Shown in pieces: positions 1 through 57,047 of a stretch of 64,000 nucleotides of DNA. A model generated the notes under the pieces. It was not told the origin of the DNA, made no database searches, and saw nothing but the letters and a program-made list of their open reading frames with translations. Origin of the DNA: Eledone cirrhosa (Eukaryota); contig OZ024746.1 of the NCBI GenBank assembly GCA_964016885.1, positions 2,852,001 to 2,916,000 of the forward strand, given 5' to 3'. The position numbers and the translations under genes were made by a program. Numbering within the stretch: the first letter of the stretch is position 1; each line of letters opens with the position of its first letter.

Positions 1-684
1 TATATATAGTTCTATTACTGCAGTACTATACATAGTTCTATTACTGCAGTACTATATATAGTACTCTTACTGCAGTACTATATATAGTACTCTTACTGCA
101 GTACTATATATAGTTCTATTACTGCAGTACTATATATAGTTCTCTTACTGCAGTACTATATATAGTTCTATTACTGCAGTACTATATATAGTTCTATTAC
201 TGCAGTACTATATATAGTACTCTTACTGCAGTACTATATATAGTTCTCTTACTGCAGTACTATATATAGTTCTATTACTGCAGTACTATATATAGTTCTA
301 TTACTGCAGTACTATATATAGTTCTATTACTGCAGTACTATATATAGTTCTCTTACTGCAGTACTATATATAGTTCTATTACTGCAGTACTATATATAGT
401 TCTATTACTGCAGTACTATATATAGTTCTATTACTGCAGTACTATATATAGTTCTATTACTGCAGTACTATATATAGTTATCTTACTGCAGTACTATATA
501 TAGTTATCTTACTGCAGTACTATATATAGTTCTATTACTGCAGTACTATATATAGTACTCTTACTGCAGTACTATATATAGTTCTATTACTGCAGTACTA
601 TATATAGTACTCTTACTGCAGTACTATATATAGTACTCTTACTGCAGTACTATACATAGTTCTATTACTGCAGTACTATATATA
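1..684. repeat. 26-bp minisatellite (tatatatagttctattactgcagtac), about 26 copies, continuing off the left edge
   Basis: Direct periodicity; unit contains the palindromes TACTGCAGTA and ACTATATATAGT. Confidence 0.97.
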
Positions 685-1256
685 CTGCCTTCAGATTTGA
701 TTAGTGACTGGGTGTTTAAGGTTGATACAATACTCAGAATACTTCTAAGATTCAATACACTTTAAATTAAATGCTTGTAACAAGCTATCACTTCAGATGC
801 AGTGATTCTACACTTTTTCTATGACTAAAGTACTATAATGCATTTAACTTTTATGAAGAACAGGGTGTTTACAGTTGATCCTATATTCAGAATACTTCCA
901 AAGTCCAATACACTTTGAATTAAACAAATTACAATAATCAGATTTAATGGCAATAGTAAATAGGCAGATTTACTTCATTTTTGTTTGTTGCTAATTAACA
1001 GACTTGCCATTTTATTTCTCTGTTTCAATGCATTAAACTCTTCATGCAATAATTAAGCTTAATTATTAGTTTTCTCATAAATGAGATTGGTTGAACAAAC
1101 CTGTAATTCAGAGCTAACCTTGTCACAAAATAATTTCTAGAGATTGGGATTTTTAAATTGGTAAGAAACATTTTATTTTGTACACTCTCTATGTTAACCT
1201 TATTCCAGTGAGTAAAACAAGTTTAAATTGATATATTCAACCATTTTACAAGGTTA

Positions 1257-1259
<3 letters not shown>

Positions 1260-1320
<61 letters not shown>
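1260..1320. repeat. (TG)n microsatellite
   Basis: About 30 TG units. Confidence 0.98.
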
Positions 1321-1323
<3 letters not shown>

Positions 1324-2504
1324 ATACAATTCCAACCCATGCTAGCATGGAAGAGTGGACATTAAGAGGATGATGATGTATTAAAAATTACAAATGTGTG
1401 TATGTACGATGTTGTATTTAGAATAGTTTTTTATGTATTTATGTAGGTTCAACTTGTGTAGATGTATAAGTTTAGATAGAGTAACACTTAGTCTCAATCT
1501 TACATGCCTAAAGTCTCATCAAAGACCCTACTTCAGGAACTGAACTCAAACCAATAAAGGAATCTTTTATATGGTTACTTGACTTCTTACAAATTGCACC
1601 CAAACCATACCATCTTAAAGGAAAAGGACTATATCTTTAAAAAAAGGATACATTGAATAATCTAGTCCTGCGTGCAGTAAATGAAAAGGAGTAGGATGGT
1701 CATGGTTGGAATGACTTTGATCATAAATATGCTTGAATGCCTTTATCTTATTAACCACTCAACAATGTTTTACAAGTGTTGTTGTTGTTGTTTAACCCTC
1801 GGTCATACCTGATCAAGCAGATATATATGATCAAAGGCACTCCAGCCTTGACAACACCACCTATTTTGATGGTATTTTGGATTACATTATCTAGCATGTC
1901 CTTTGTTTTAGTGTGATTTGATGAAGGTTTTGCTGCTATTTCAAGTAGGTCAAGTGACCACTTAGTAGCTTTTTCATTTGGTTCATTGAAAGTTGGTTAT
2001 GCACTCAACATACTGAATGCTCACCTTTTACTCAAAAGAACTCTCCAAAAGGTAGATATTATTAGAGAAATTAAAAACTGGCCAGTTTAGGAGTGAGATG
2101 AGGTTGTTTGGTTTATTATAGTGAATTGATTATTTTTTTAGCATTACCATTGAAATGTGAGTCAATGAAGTGTGAAGAAAACCTGTTGTTCACTAATGTA
2201 AATTATCTTATATAAACAAAACTTCCTTCATTTTACAGCTTTATTTTGTTCTAATTTATATTTTTTCGATTTTTTTTTGTTATATTTTTCGTTGTGCTCC
2301 AACAAATTTGGAGAACATTAAACTATTTAGGCAACATATGTTTAGACAACTATTGGTTACTGCCTCAATGACACTGACACAATGAAAAGACATTTACTTG
2401 TGATACTAGTAATCATATTATGTTATATAGTCACTAGTTAATTAGTACCAGTAAATAACAGTCTGCTACTTTACAACCTGGAAACATTATATATATATAT
2501 TATG

Positions 2505-2734
2505 TATTGATGCATTCACGTCTGATGTGGTAACAATATATTATGGGTTTTCAAACTATCTAAAAAATCTCAGAATCTTTTGATATATATTATATATTAA
2601 TAATTCACCTCTGATGTGGTAGCAATGTTATGTGTTTTAAAGCTATCTGAAAGATCTCGGAATCTTTTGATATATATTATAAATTAATACATTCACCTTT
2701 GAAGTGCTAACAATGTGTTGTTGTGGATTTTTAG

Positions 2735-2755
<21 letters not shown>
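2505..2755 (+). repeat. Three degenerate ~88-bp tandem units; the third contains the DNMBP splice acceptor
   Basis: attcac..ctgatgtggtaacaat...tttt..a.ctatctgaaagatct recurs at about 2514, 2603 and 2691. Confidence 0.8.
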
Positions 2756-45434
<42,679 letters not shown>

Positions 45435-46270
45435 ACTTATCATACAGTTTAAGGAACAGTTTTCTTGGACAACTCATCCACATTTCTATCTTTTAAGTGA
45501 CTTGATCTAGAGAATTCCTCACAGTTTCCATTGGCTCTTTAATATTATCACCAAAATATTTTCAGGAAAACTGCTTTTCACATGTATTCCTCTCGATTCA
45601 ACAAACCTTTACTGCTTCCTTCTCTCTCTCTCTCTCTCTTTTTTTTTTGTTAATTATTTCATGAAGATTTTTATTGTGTTAATGAACCTAGCAGTAAAAG
45701 TTGTTTATTATTCTTTTAACAAGGTATAAGAAAGCAGTTTAACCTATTATGTTGTCATCTTCTTAATCTGATAATAATTAATTTAACAAATTTAAGGGTA
45801 TTTTGGTGTCTTTATCACTCGCTCTAGGTTTCAAATAAATAGAAGTAGATTTTTCTGAAAAAAAAAAATCTGAGTGGTATATAATTCTTCAAAATCTGAA
45901 TTCATGTGGAAACCGAGCTAACAAATCTGTATAAAACAGCCAAATGGAATCATGTATCATGTGGAAACCGAGCTAACAAATCTGTATAAAACAGCCAAAT
46001 GGAATCATGTATCAAGCCATTTCATCTTTGCAACAAGTTTTCAAAATCTTTTATATTAAAAGTTTGTTTTTTTTTTTAACTTTTTCCAGCTGCATGAATA
46101 AAATCTTTGTTAGCTTTTAAAACAAAGAGAATATTTTTACATTTGACTCTAAAACTTGGATTTTATTTTATCTCAAAAAGAAAAACAAAACAAATGGTAT
46201 CAATGAAGCAGGTCTTGCTTCCATCTTGGAAAAATAATTCTTTTCATAGTTAAAGCATACAAATATATAT

Positions 46271-46342
<72 letters not shown>

Positions 46343-47159
46343 GCCACCTTCTAGACTTTTGTTTATTGTTTAACTGTCTTTTTTAATTCTACACTGGGGT
46401 ATTTTGATATTTCAACCTGATAAGATTCATTATTTACATTATCTAGGGAGCATTGATAGGCAGAATCCATTGGGCTGAACTAAATATCTTTCAGTATTTA
46501 GTTTTATCCTCTGACATTATGAGTTGAAATCTCTGTGGTGGTCAACTTTACCTGTCATCTTTCTTGGTTTCAGATGGATTAATCATGTACTGGGGTCAAT
46601 TAACTATCTTTGCCTTTCCTTACAAATTTATGGCCCTGTACCAAGACATCATTTACATTATCTAATACTTAGGAAATATTTTCATGGCAACTCCATAAGG
46701 ATAGTGTCATGGCTATTGTAATATGTTTTAAACTAAAGTGTATCTCATACGTTTAAGCTAAGTTCAGATGACCAAATGAGCCATTAAAAGAATGACAGCC
46801 ATTTCTGAAAAGAATATATTTATAATAAAAAAAAAAATAAACATCCTTTTTCCCTTCTTTTTATTTTTTTTAAATCCTTTTATATTTAGAAATGTGTTGA
46901 TATATTTTTTCTTTTATGATACTTTTATCATACATTCTATGGAGAGAAAACAACTAGTCCTGCCATAAAAGTTACAAACTAGCAAGCTTCATTTAACTTC
47001 CATGATTTTATTCATGACATATCAAATTAAAACATATATTCCTTTTTAACATTTTTTTGGTATCTCTGAAAATCTAATTCATTTTATTACTGCATTGTTG
47101 TACTCTACTTGCTATAACAACTCATTTATCTAGATCACTGCTCGAGCAACAAAATACTT

Positions 47160-49046
47160 GGGTCACTACTGGGGTAACAGAACACTGGAAGTGAGAGACT
47201 AGGTCACTACTGGGGTAACAGAACATTGGAAGTGAGAGACTAGGTCACTACATGGGGTAACAGATCATTGGGAGTGAGAGACTAGGTCACTACTGGGGTA
47301 ACAGATCATTGGGAGTGAGAGACTAGGTCACTACTGGGGTAACAGATCATTGGAAGTGAGAGACTAGGTCACTACTGGGGTAACAGATCATTGGGAGTGA
47401 GAGACTAGGTCACTACTGGGGTAACAGAACATTGGAAGTGAGACTAGGTCACTACTGGGTAACAGATCATTGGAAGTGAGAGACTAGGTCACTACTGGGG
47501 TAACAGATCATTGGAAGTGAGAGACTAGGTCACTACTGGGGTAACAGATCATTGGAAGTGAGAGACTAGGTCACTACTGGGGTAACAGATCATTGGGAGT
47601 GAGAGATTAGGTCACTACTGGGGTAACAGAACATTGGAAGTGAGAGACTAGGTCACTACTGGGGTAACAGATCATTGGGAGTGAGACTAGGTCACTACTG
47701 GGGGTAACAGAACATTGGAAGTGAGAGACTAGGTCACTACTGGGGTAACAGATCATTGGGAGTGAGAGACTAGGTCACTACTGGGTAACAGATCATTGGA
47801 AGTGAGAGACTAGGTCACTACTGGGGTAACAGAACATTGGAAGTGAGAGACTAGGTCACTACTGGCGTAACAGATCATTGGAAGTGAGAGACTAGGTCAC
47901 TACTGGGGTAACAGAACATTGGAAGTGAGAGACTAGGTCACTACTGGGGTAACAGATCATTGGAAGTGAGAGACTAGGTCACTACTGGGGTAACAGATCA
48001 TTGGAAGTGAGAGACTAGGTCACTACTGGGGTAACAGATCATTGGAAGTGAGAGACTAGGTCACTACTGGGGTAACAGATCATTGGAAGTGAGAGACTAG
48101 GTCACTACTGGGGTAACAGATCATTGGGAGTGAGAGACTAGGTCACTACTGGGGTAACAGATCATTGGGAGTGAGAGACTAGGTCACTACTGGGGTAACA
48201 GATCATTGGAAGTGAGAGACTAGGTCACTACTGGGGTAACAGATCATTGGGAGTGAGAGACTAGGTCACTACTGGGGTAACAGATCATTGGGAGTGAGAG
48301 ATTAGGTCACTACTGGGGTAACAGATCATTCGAAGTGAGAGACTAGGTCACTACTGGGGTAACAGATCATTGGAAGTGAGAGACTAGGTCACTACTGGGG
48401 TAACAGAACATTGGAAGTGAGAGACTAGGTCACTACTGGGGTAACAGATCATTGGAAGTGAGAGACTAGGTCACTACTGGGGTAACAGATCATTGGGAGT
48501 GAGACTAGGTCACTACTGGGGTAACAGATCATTGGAAGTGAGAGACTAGGTCACTACTGGGGTAACAGATCATTGGAAGTGAGAGACTAGGTCACAACTG
48601 GGGTAACAGATCATTGGAAGTGAGAGACTAGGTCACTACTGGGGTAACAGATCATTGGAAGTGAGAGACTAGGTCACTACTGGGGTAACAGATCATTGGA
48701 AGTGAGAGACTAGGTCACTACTGGGGTAACAGATCATTCGAAGTGAGAGACTAGGTCACTACTGGGGTAACAGATCATTCGAAGTGAGAGACTAGGTCAC
48801 TACTGGGGTAACAGAACATTGGAAGTGAGAGACTAGGTCACTACTGGGGTAACAGATCATTCGAAGTGAGAGACTAGGTCACTACTGAGGTAACAGATCA
48901 TTGGAAGTGAGAGACTAGGTCACTACTGGGGTAACAGATCATTGGAAGTGAGAGACTAGGTCACTACTGGGGTAACAGATCATTGGAAGTGAGAGACTAG
49001 GTCACTACTGGGGTAACAGATCACTGGAAGTGAGAGGCTAGGTCAT
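47160..49046. repeat. 41-bp minisatellite (ggtcactactggggtaacagatcattggaagtgagagacta), about 46 copies; repeated at 49765-50658
   Basis: Direct periodicity. Confidence 0.98.
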
Positions 49047-49564
49047 TAGACCCAGAAAGTGAAAGATTTTTATTAAAGACTCCCATAACATCTTAATAAA
49101 CTATGTGTGTTTAAATTTCTGAGATATATATTTTATGTACAGTTTTACAGACATCTTAATACTTCCCAGGTCTAAAGTTGTTGTCGCTACAGCAGCCATC
49201 TTGTTAGATGAGACAGTTTTACAGACATCTTAATACTTCCCAGGTCTAAAGTTGTTGTCGCTACAGCAGCCATCTTGTTAGATGAGACAGTTTTACAGAC
49301 ATCTTAATACTTCCCAGGTCTAAAGTTGTTGTCGCTACAGCAGCCATCTTGTTAGATGAGACAGTTTTACAGACATCTTAATACTTCCCAGGTCTAAAGT
49401 TGTTGTCTTTACAGCAGCCATCTTGTTAGATGAGACAGTTTTACAGACATCTTAATACTTCCCAGGTCTAAAGTTGTTGTCGCTACAACAGCCATCTTGT
49501 TAGTTGAGACAGTTTTACAGACATCTTAATACTTCCCAGGTCTAAAGTTGTTGTCTTTACAGCA

Positions 49565-49764
49565 NNNNNNNNNNNNNNNNNNNNNNNNNNNNNNNNNNNN
49601 NNNNNNNNNNNNNNNNNNNNNNNNNNNNNNNNNNNNNNNNNNNNNNNNNNNNNNNNNNNNNNNNNNNNNNNNNNNNNNNNNNNNNNNNNNNNNNNNNNNN
49701 NNNNNNNNNNNNNNNNNNNNNNNNNNNNNNNNNNNNNNNNNNNNNNNNNNNNNNNNNNNNNNNN
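49565..49764. other. Assembly gap (200 N)
   Basis: Run of N. Confidence 1.
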
Positions 49765-50750
49765 GGTAACAGATCATTGGGAGTGAGAGACTAGGTCACT
49801 ACTGGGGTAACAGATCATTGGAAGTGAGAGACTAGGTCACTACTGGGGTAACAGATCATTGGGAGTGAGAGACTAGGTCACTACTGGGGTAACAGATCAT
49901 TGGGAGTGAGAGATTAGGTCACTACTGGGGTAACAGATCATTCGAAGTGAGAGACTAGGTCACTACTGGGGTAACAGATCATTGGAAGTGAGAGACTAGG
50001 TCACTACTGGGGTAACAGAACATTGGAAGTGAGAGACTAGGTCACTACTGGGGTAACAGATCATTGGAAGTGAGAGACTAGGTCACTACTGGGGTAACAG
50101 ATCATTGGGAGTGAGACTAGGTCACTACTGGGGTAACAGATCATTGGAAGTGAGAGACTAGGTCACTACTGGGGTAACAGATCATTGGAAGTGAGAGACT
50201 AGGTCACAACTGGGGTAACAGATCATTGGAAGTGAGAGACTAGGTCACTACTGGGGTAACAGATCATTGGAAGTGAGAGACTAGGTCACTACTGGGGTAA
50301 CAGATCATTGGAAGTGAGAGACTAGGTCACTACTGGGGTAACAGATCATTCGAAGTGAGAGACTAGGTCACTACTGGGGTAACAGATCATTCGAAGTGAG
50401 AGACTAGGTCACTACTGGGGTAACAGAACATTGGAAGTGAGAGACTAGGTCACTACTGGGGTAACAGATCATTCGAAGTGAGAGACTAGGTCACTACTGA
50501 GGTAACAGATCATTGGAAGTGAGAGACTAGGTCACTACTGGGGTAACAGATCATTGGAAGTGAGAGACTAGGTCACTACTGGGGTAACAGATCATTGGAA
50601 GTGAGAGACTAGGTCACTACTGGGGTAACAGATCACTGGAAGTGAGAGGCTAGGTCATTAGACCCAGAAAGTGAAAGATTTTTATTAAAGACTCCCATAA
50701 CATCTTAATAAACTATGTGTGTTTAAATTTCTGAGATATATATTTTATGT

Positions 50751-51575
50751 ACAGTTTTACAGACATCTTAATACTTCCCAGGTCTAAAGTTGTTGTCGCT
50801 ACAGCAGCCATCTTGTTAGATGAGACAGTTTTACAGACATCTTAATACTTCCCAGGTCTAAAGTTGTTGTCGCTACAGCAGCCATCTTGTTAGATGAGAC
50901 AGTTTTACAGACATCTTAATACTTCCCAGGTCTAAAGTTGTTGTCGCTACAGCAGCCATCTTGTTAGATGAGACAGTTTTACAGACATCTTAATACTTCC
51001 CAGGTCTAAAGTTGTTGTCTTTACAGCAGCCATCTTGTTAGATGAGACAGTTTTACAGACATCTTAATACTTCCCAGGTCTAAAGTTGTTGTCGCTACAA
51101 CAGCCATCTTGTTAGTTGAGACAGTTTTACAGACATCTTAATACTTCCCAGGTCTAAAGTTGTTGTCTTTACAGCAGCCATCTTGTTAGTTGAGACCGTT
51201 TTACAGACATCTTAATACTTCCCAGGTCTAAAGTTGTTGTCTCTACAGCAGCCATCTTGTTAGATGAGACAGTTTTACAAACATCTTAATACTTCCCAGG
51301 TCTAAAGTTGTTGTCTACAGCAGCCATCTTGCTAGATGAGACAGTTTTACAGACATCTTTACACTTCCCAGGTCTAAAGTTGTTGTCTCTACAGCAGCCA
51401 TCTTGTTAGATGAGACAGTTTTACAGACATCTTAATACTTCCTAGGACTAAAGTTGTTGTCTCTACAGCAGCCATCTTGTTAGATGAGACAGTTTTACAG
51501 ACATCTTTACACTTCCCAGGTCTAAAGTTGTTGTCTCTACAGTAGCCATCTTGTTAGATGAGGCAATTTTTACAG
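50751..51575. repeat. 74-bp minisatellite (acagttttacagacatcttaatacttcccaggtctaaagttg...), about 11 copies; partial duplicate at 49139-49564
   Basis: Direct periodicity. Confidence 0.97.
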
Positions 51576-53014
51576 AATTCCTAATTTAGTTTTCTTATAC
51601 CAGACAAAAATGTGATCATTTATTGCAACAATTAATTAGCTTCCTACAATCAAAGAAAACATTTAACTTCATACCAAGCTTCCATTTCTGTGATTGGTTT
51701 ACACATCCTTAATTTAAAAAAGAGGTTAAAATGTTTATCAAAATTTATTAAATTAAGAGATTATTTTCAATTTTCTATATCTGTCAACATAATAATAATA
51801 ATAATAATGATAATGATTCAAATTTTCTTATTTCAAATTTATAAAATAAAATTTTTTTGCACCATTTGCTATTTTTGTAAAATCCTGCACCCTTTCTTAT
51901 AAATATTTCTGTGACAATGTTACTCTACTGGTTTTATTCATTTGCAGAATTTCATGACATTTACCCGCTTTAGCATTGCCTTTTCTTTTCAAATTGATTT
52001 CTCACAGAATTTTTTTTTTCAAAAAAACATTTCAATGACAACACCATTAAGCCATATAAATCTTAGTCTCTGGCACCCCATACCAAAGTTATTAATATAT
52101 TTTACAATTTTTGCAAATTATATTTTTATTTTACAAATGTTTCAAATTATAAGTTAGTATTGTGTATCTGACAATCTTGTGAATTGGAGGCTTTGTTCTG
52201 TCACTCCAGTTGAACATCACTGAGATACTATCTAATTTGTAGTTGTATAGTTAAGGAAAGGACTGGGTAGAATAGTTTAATTAATGAAGAATTTCTCATT
52301 TGGTGAAACTTTATTCCACATTAAATAAAAGCCCCATCTAAATCTTCTCTTCAACTCTTTGTAGATATATATGCTAGCAAGATATTGATTTGACAAGCAA
52401 TGGTTCATTACATCAACACCTATCTCCTATATTTTCTTTTAATCCATTTTATTATTATATCTACATGAATGTTATGGTATTACTTTCCCTAATATCTAAA
52501 AATATGGAGGTTGTACCAATATGCAGATTGTGTCTACCTAACATCATATCATCGTCACTATTGTTGTGGCTTTAGTACAGATAAGCCATATACCAAGTTC
52601 ATTCTATAGAAAAGACTTGTAGTAGCATACATTTTTATTTCCAGCGTTTGGGGTGGAGGTTCTTTTTATGGGAGGAAATTCTCAGAATACATACAGTTCT
52701 TCTAAGCATCATTATTTTGCAGTTCACGTATAGAAGTTCTTCAACTTTCTTAACAGGATTATAAAAGGAATGGCCAGTTAGACCAGTAATTTTTACTGTA
52801 TCTTCAGTAATTAATCATTATGAGTTCAAATATTACCAGGGTTTGCTTTCCTCTCCTCTCTTTATGAGAGGAAACCTATTAAATACATATGTACCAGTAA
52901 GTTAATGGTGTTGATAGTTCCATTACAAGATTAGTTTTCGCCTAGTAAACAAATAAAATTTTCACTACCATAATCATCTTTTTTGACAGTCACTGAACAG
53001 CATTTAATTACTAC

Positions 53015-53312
53015 CCCTTACATTCTGAGTTCAAATCCCATTGAATCTGAGGCCAACTTTGCCTTTCATCCTTCCAGAGTCAATAAAACAAAGTACCAGT
53101 CAAGTACTAGGGTTGATATAATCAACTTTCATCACCCCAACCCTAAAAATTGTTGGCCTCGTACCAAAATGAGAAACCATTATTAAGGATGAAAGGCAAA
53201 GTTAACCCGCCGAGGTTAACTTTGCCTTTTATCCTTACGGGGTCGATAAAATAAAGTACCAGTAATACACTGGGTAATTGCTGGCCTTGTGCCAAAAGTA
53301 GAAACAATTATT
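53015..53312 (+). mobile_element. Two adjacent SINE family A fragments; the second is 5'-truncated with a fold-back
   Basis: ctgagttcaaatcc...actttgcctttcatcc...aaagtaccagt; further degenerate copies at 14262-14400, 32630-32760 (-), 46460-46640, 56310-56515 and 57405-57530. Confidence 0.8.
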
Positions 53313-54103
53313 AGTAGTAGTACTAGTATTACATTGAAAATGTTGGCTTTAAATGTTTTTCATTACATACCAATTTACTTATTAATTATATGTACCAGTT
53401 TACTTATTAGTTACAGTACTCTTTGAAACACTATTATACTCTACTCATTTTGTTTGGGGCTTTTTTTAACTTGTGGGTTTATATTTTTTACTACTTGAGC
53501 TGAATTTGGTAAGACTGTTTATATCACGGAGCTATAAGGTGTATATTACTTAGACATATTTTGTGTTTGTAATGTTTTGACTGTTTTGGTTATTAACTTC
53601 ATCTTGTCTCTTTCTATACCAAGTTTCAATTGGTCTTTTTATTGGTTGTCTTTAGGTGGCACCTCTCTGCCCCCTCCCCATATATATATAATATTGGTTT
53701 CCACCTGTTTGTGGTGGGGCCAATAGTGACATAATCACCACCATGCTATATATTGATCTTCTACAATCAATCAACCCTATGAAATTATCGTAAAACAATG
53801 AACTAACAACTTATTTCTGACTTTGTTTTGTTTTCATTGTTCTATACACAAACATATATATATATATATAATCATCATCATCATCATCATCATCGTTTAA
53901 CGTCTATCTACCACGCTAGCATGGGTTAAATGGGAATTGTCCCATTTGAGGCAAGATTGGTTGGGTGACCAAGTCTTGCTCGTATAGGACTGTCTGGCAG
54001 GTTTTCTATGGCTGGATGCCCTTCCTAACACCAACCACATTTACAGTGTGGACTGGGAGCTTTTTACCGTGTTACCTACACAACCACATTACAGCGTGGA
54101 CTG

Positions 54104-54145
<42 letters not shown>

Positions 54146-56791
54146 CAGTAAATATAACAAAGGCCATATGAAGTTGTGTATAAATTTAATTAATTAGTCA
54201 TTATATATATTTTGTTGGGGTCAACTAATAGAGAGTGGGCGGTACACCCATCAATCAGTTCATCAGATAGTAATAATAATATGTAAAACAAGCAATTTCT
54301 AAGATTTTTTATCTGAGGTCCCAGCATTTATTTTGTTGTCATTGAGCTGACTGGCCCCTAGTATGATTTCCACTCATCTCTTACGCTAAGTAGGGATGAT
54401 AACAGAGGTAGTAACAAATTTAATCTCCCTCCCCTTACCAGTCTCTTGTCTGCTATGTTAGGAGATAATAAAGGTGGTCTGGGGTTGACCATAAATGAGT
54501 GGAGCTATCAGGTGATGCCCATGAGGGTGCCTGGTTATTTCAATGCCTTAGCCTTGCCGTCACCCATGGTAATGCTGCCAGTGTATTGGCTTGCCTCAAA
54601 ATATTCTGTTGACCATTGATGCCGATTGTCACACTTGGTGGTGAATCAAGTCGTTTTTATTTCCATTTTTTTTTCTTTCTCTCGCTCTGATCTTTGGTTT
54701 GTTATATTTGTGAGGTTCCTAGCAATAGTTAATTGTATTTATTATGTGTTTATATTTTCATTCTGAAAGAATTGTGAACAATTTGTAATGGCATAAGAAT
54801 CATTAGAACTCGTTATATACTGAAGATAGAGATAATATATAAGCAAGAAAGACAGTATATAAGTATTAAGTCCTTAAGTTCATTCCTACCAAAACAAAAT
54901 ATATGTATCTCCACAGCAAGAGAGAATATGGTAAAGATGACCAAAGGAAAGATCAATTAAAACATACAAAAGACAGAAACAAAATGTGAGACAAAATTTC
55001 TTTTTAACCTTTTAGTTACAACCCAGTCAAAACCAGCTCTGGTTCTCAAAACATAACCATGCATTTTAAAGGTTTCCAATTTAAATTAAAATATTCCAAC
55101 ATAATTTTATATAAGAACCTTACATTAAGTTACTATCTTAGTAATGAAATAATTAATTGAAGTGTATTTCAATAGAAATATGGTCATGAAAGGGTTAAAT
55201 TCATAGAACTCTGATCTTATAAATGTAATATTTCCCTGGGGTAAACTAAAGCTAGTTTAGTTTCTACTGACAACTTTATTACTAACTGTTCTACTAACCG
55301 TTTAACTTACAGGTTGTGAAAAAACACTTTAAAAGCAAACCCTCTCTATGTTAATATCTCTCTCTCTCTCTCTCTCTCTCTCTAAACATATATATGATGT
55401 GGCTGACAAACAAGAATATTAAAAATGAAGTTGTTGAAAATCTAATTCCGAGGTTGTGACTTTTAAATGAAAGCAGTTAATAATTTTTTTTTTTATAATC
55501 TTTTAAGAAGTGTTTTCAATATTGATAAATTCTGAAGTGTGTATTTGATTACATTTCTCATTTCCACACGATGATAGTAATATGAAAGAATGTAGTCTGT
55601 TTAGTTTTAAAAAAAAAAAAAAGATCAAGGGAGATCATTCTATTCATAAGATTGGAACGAGTTGTTCCTGAAAACAAAATGTGATAATTAGATTCTATGA
55701 CTGTTGTTGCTGTTTGAAACATACTGCCAGTTTTTTGTAAAAAAAAACAAGCTTGGAAATAAGAAATTCCTTGAAATCTAAACAGAAGTAGAAGCAGCAC
55801 AACAGTAGCTGATATTTCTTTATGATGTTAAATTCTCCACATACCCCTGTAATAAACAATTTAGTTGATTATCTCCAGTAAAGATATTGTATGGAGCCAT
55901 CACGAATCTGAAGCAGTGACAGCGAAAATATAAAAAAATATTTGTAACAAAACAAAACTTATTTGCTTAGTTATGGCTTCTAATTCCTGGCTGTAATTTG
56001 TCACGCTTAATTAAATCCACTTCTTGGCTATGTTTGAGAATATTTTCCATCTCAGCAAAGATGCTGGTCCAAAAACAAAAATGTCTGCAAACTCTTATGC
56101 CAATCTTCTAATAACCAATCAAATCAAAGGTCTATACGTATATACACCCACTCATCCACACATTTGACTGCCATAAAACCGAATAATGCAAATATGTATT
56201 TCTGCCAACATTTCTATGTTTATAGTTCTTGAAGAGGTTTAATATTTTTAGTTACTCAACATGTCAACTCAAGTTTAACTTTACAGTTTTTAGGTGTTAG
56301 AGTAAAGATTGACAAAATTGGTAGAGCAGCAGATAAAATACCATTGTGCTATTTCTTCTGGCTCTTTAGATTCTGAGTTCAAATGCTGCCAAGGTCAACT
56401 TTGCCTTTCATCCTTCTAGGATCGCTAAAATAAAGTACCAGTAATACACTGGGATTGATTTAATCAACTTTGCCCTTCAACCCCAAATTTACTGGTCTTG
56501 TGTCTAAATTAGAAATCAAGTGTGTGTGTGTGTGTGGGGGGGGGGGGGTTAGCAGAAATTAATATTACTGGCCAGTATTTTGTTTTGTCTGTCTTTACAG
56601 TTTAAATACTTCTGGAGTTGCCTTTATTTTTAGTTTCATCTCTTTAGAGTAAATAGAATAAGTACCAGTAATAAACTAGTACTGATTCAATCGACTAGAC
56701 CTCTCTATAGAAATTGGCCTTGTACTTAGTGGAATCGATTCTAATGTAGATGTTTTTGTTTGTTTTGTTTTGTTGTTTGTTTTCTACTTAC

Positions 56792-56849
56792 CTATGTAAT
56801 CATCTGTTTGATGCAAGTCTTCCAATAAGAACTATTGGTCACCTTAATT
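56792..56849 (-). CDS. Candidate stop-containing exon of the same - strand gene
   Basis: ttttacag|AATTAAG...ACATAG|gtaagt; (R)IKVTNSSYWKTCIKQMIT*; a further acceptor (ttcag|) at 55907. Confidence 0.4.
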
Positions 56850-56915
56850 CTGTAAAACTATTCTGAACTTTTAATTGAACTGACTTATGATTTTTTGCTA
56901 GCCTCCTCTCTCTCG

Positions 56916-56985
<70 letters not shown>

Positions 56986-57047
56986 AACACAACCATTGAA
57001 AAATATCAGTCCACTTTCCTTTCCTTTTATTATTTCTCTCCCCAAAC

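Noticed and set aside
47160-50658. 41-bp repeat as a CRISPR array
   Set aside because: Pure tandem units with no spacers.
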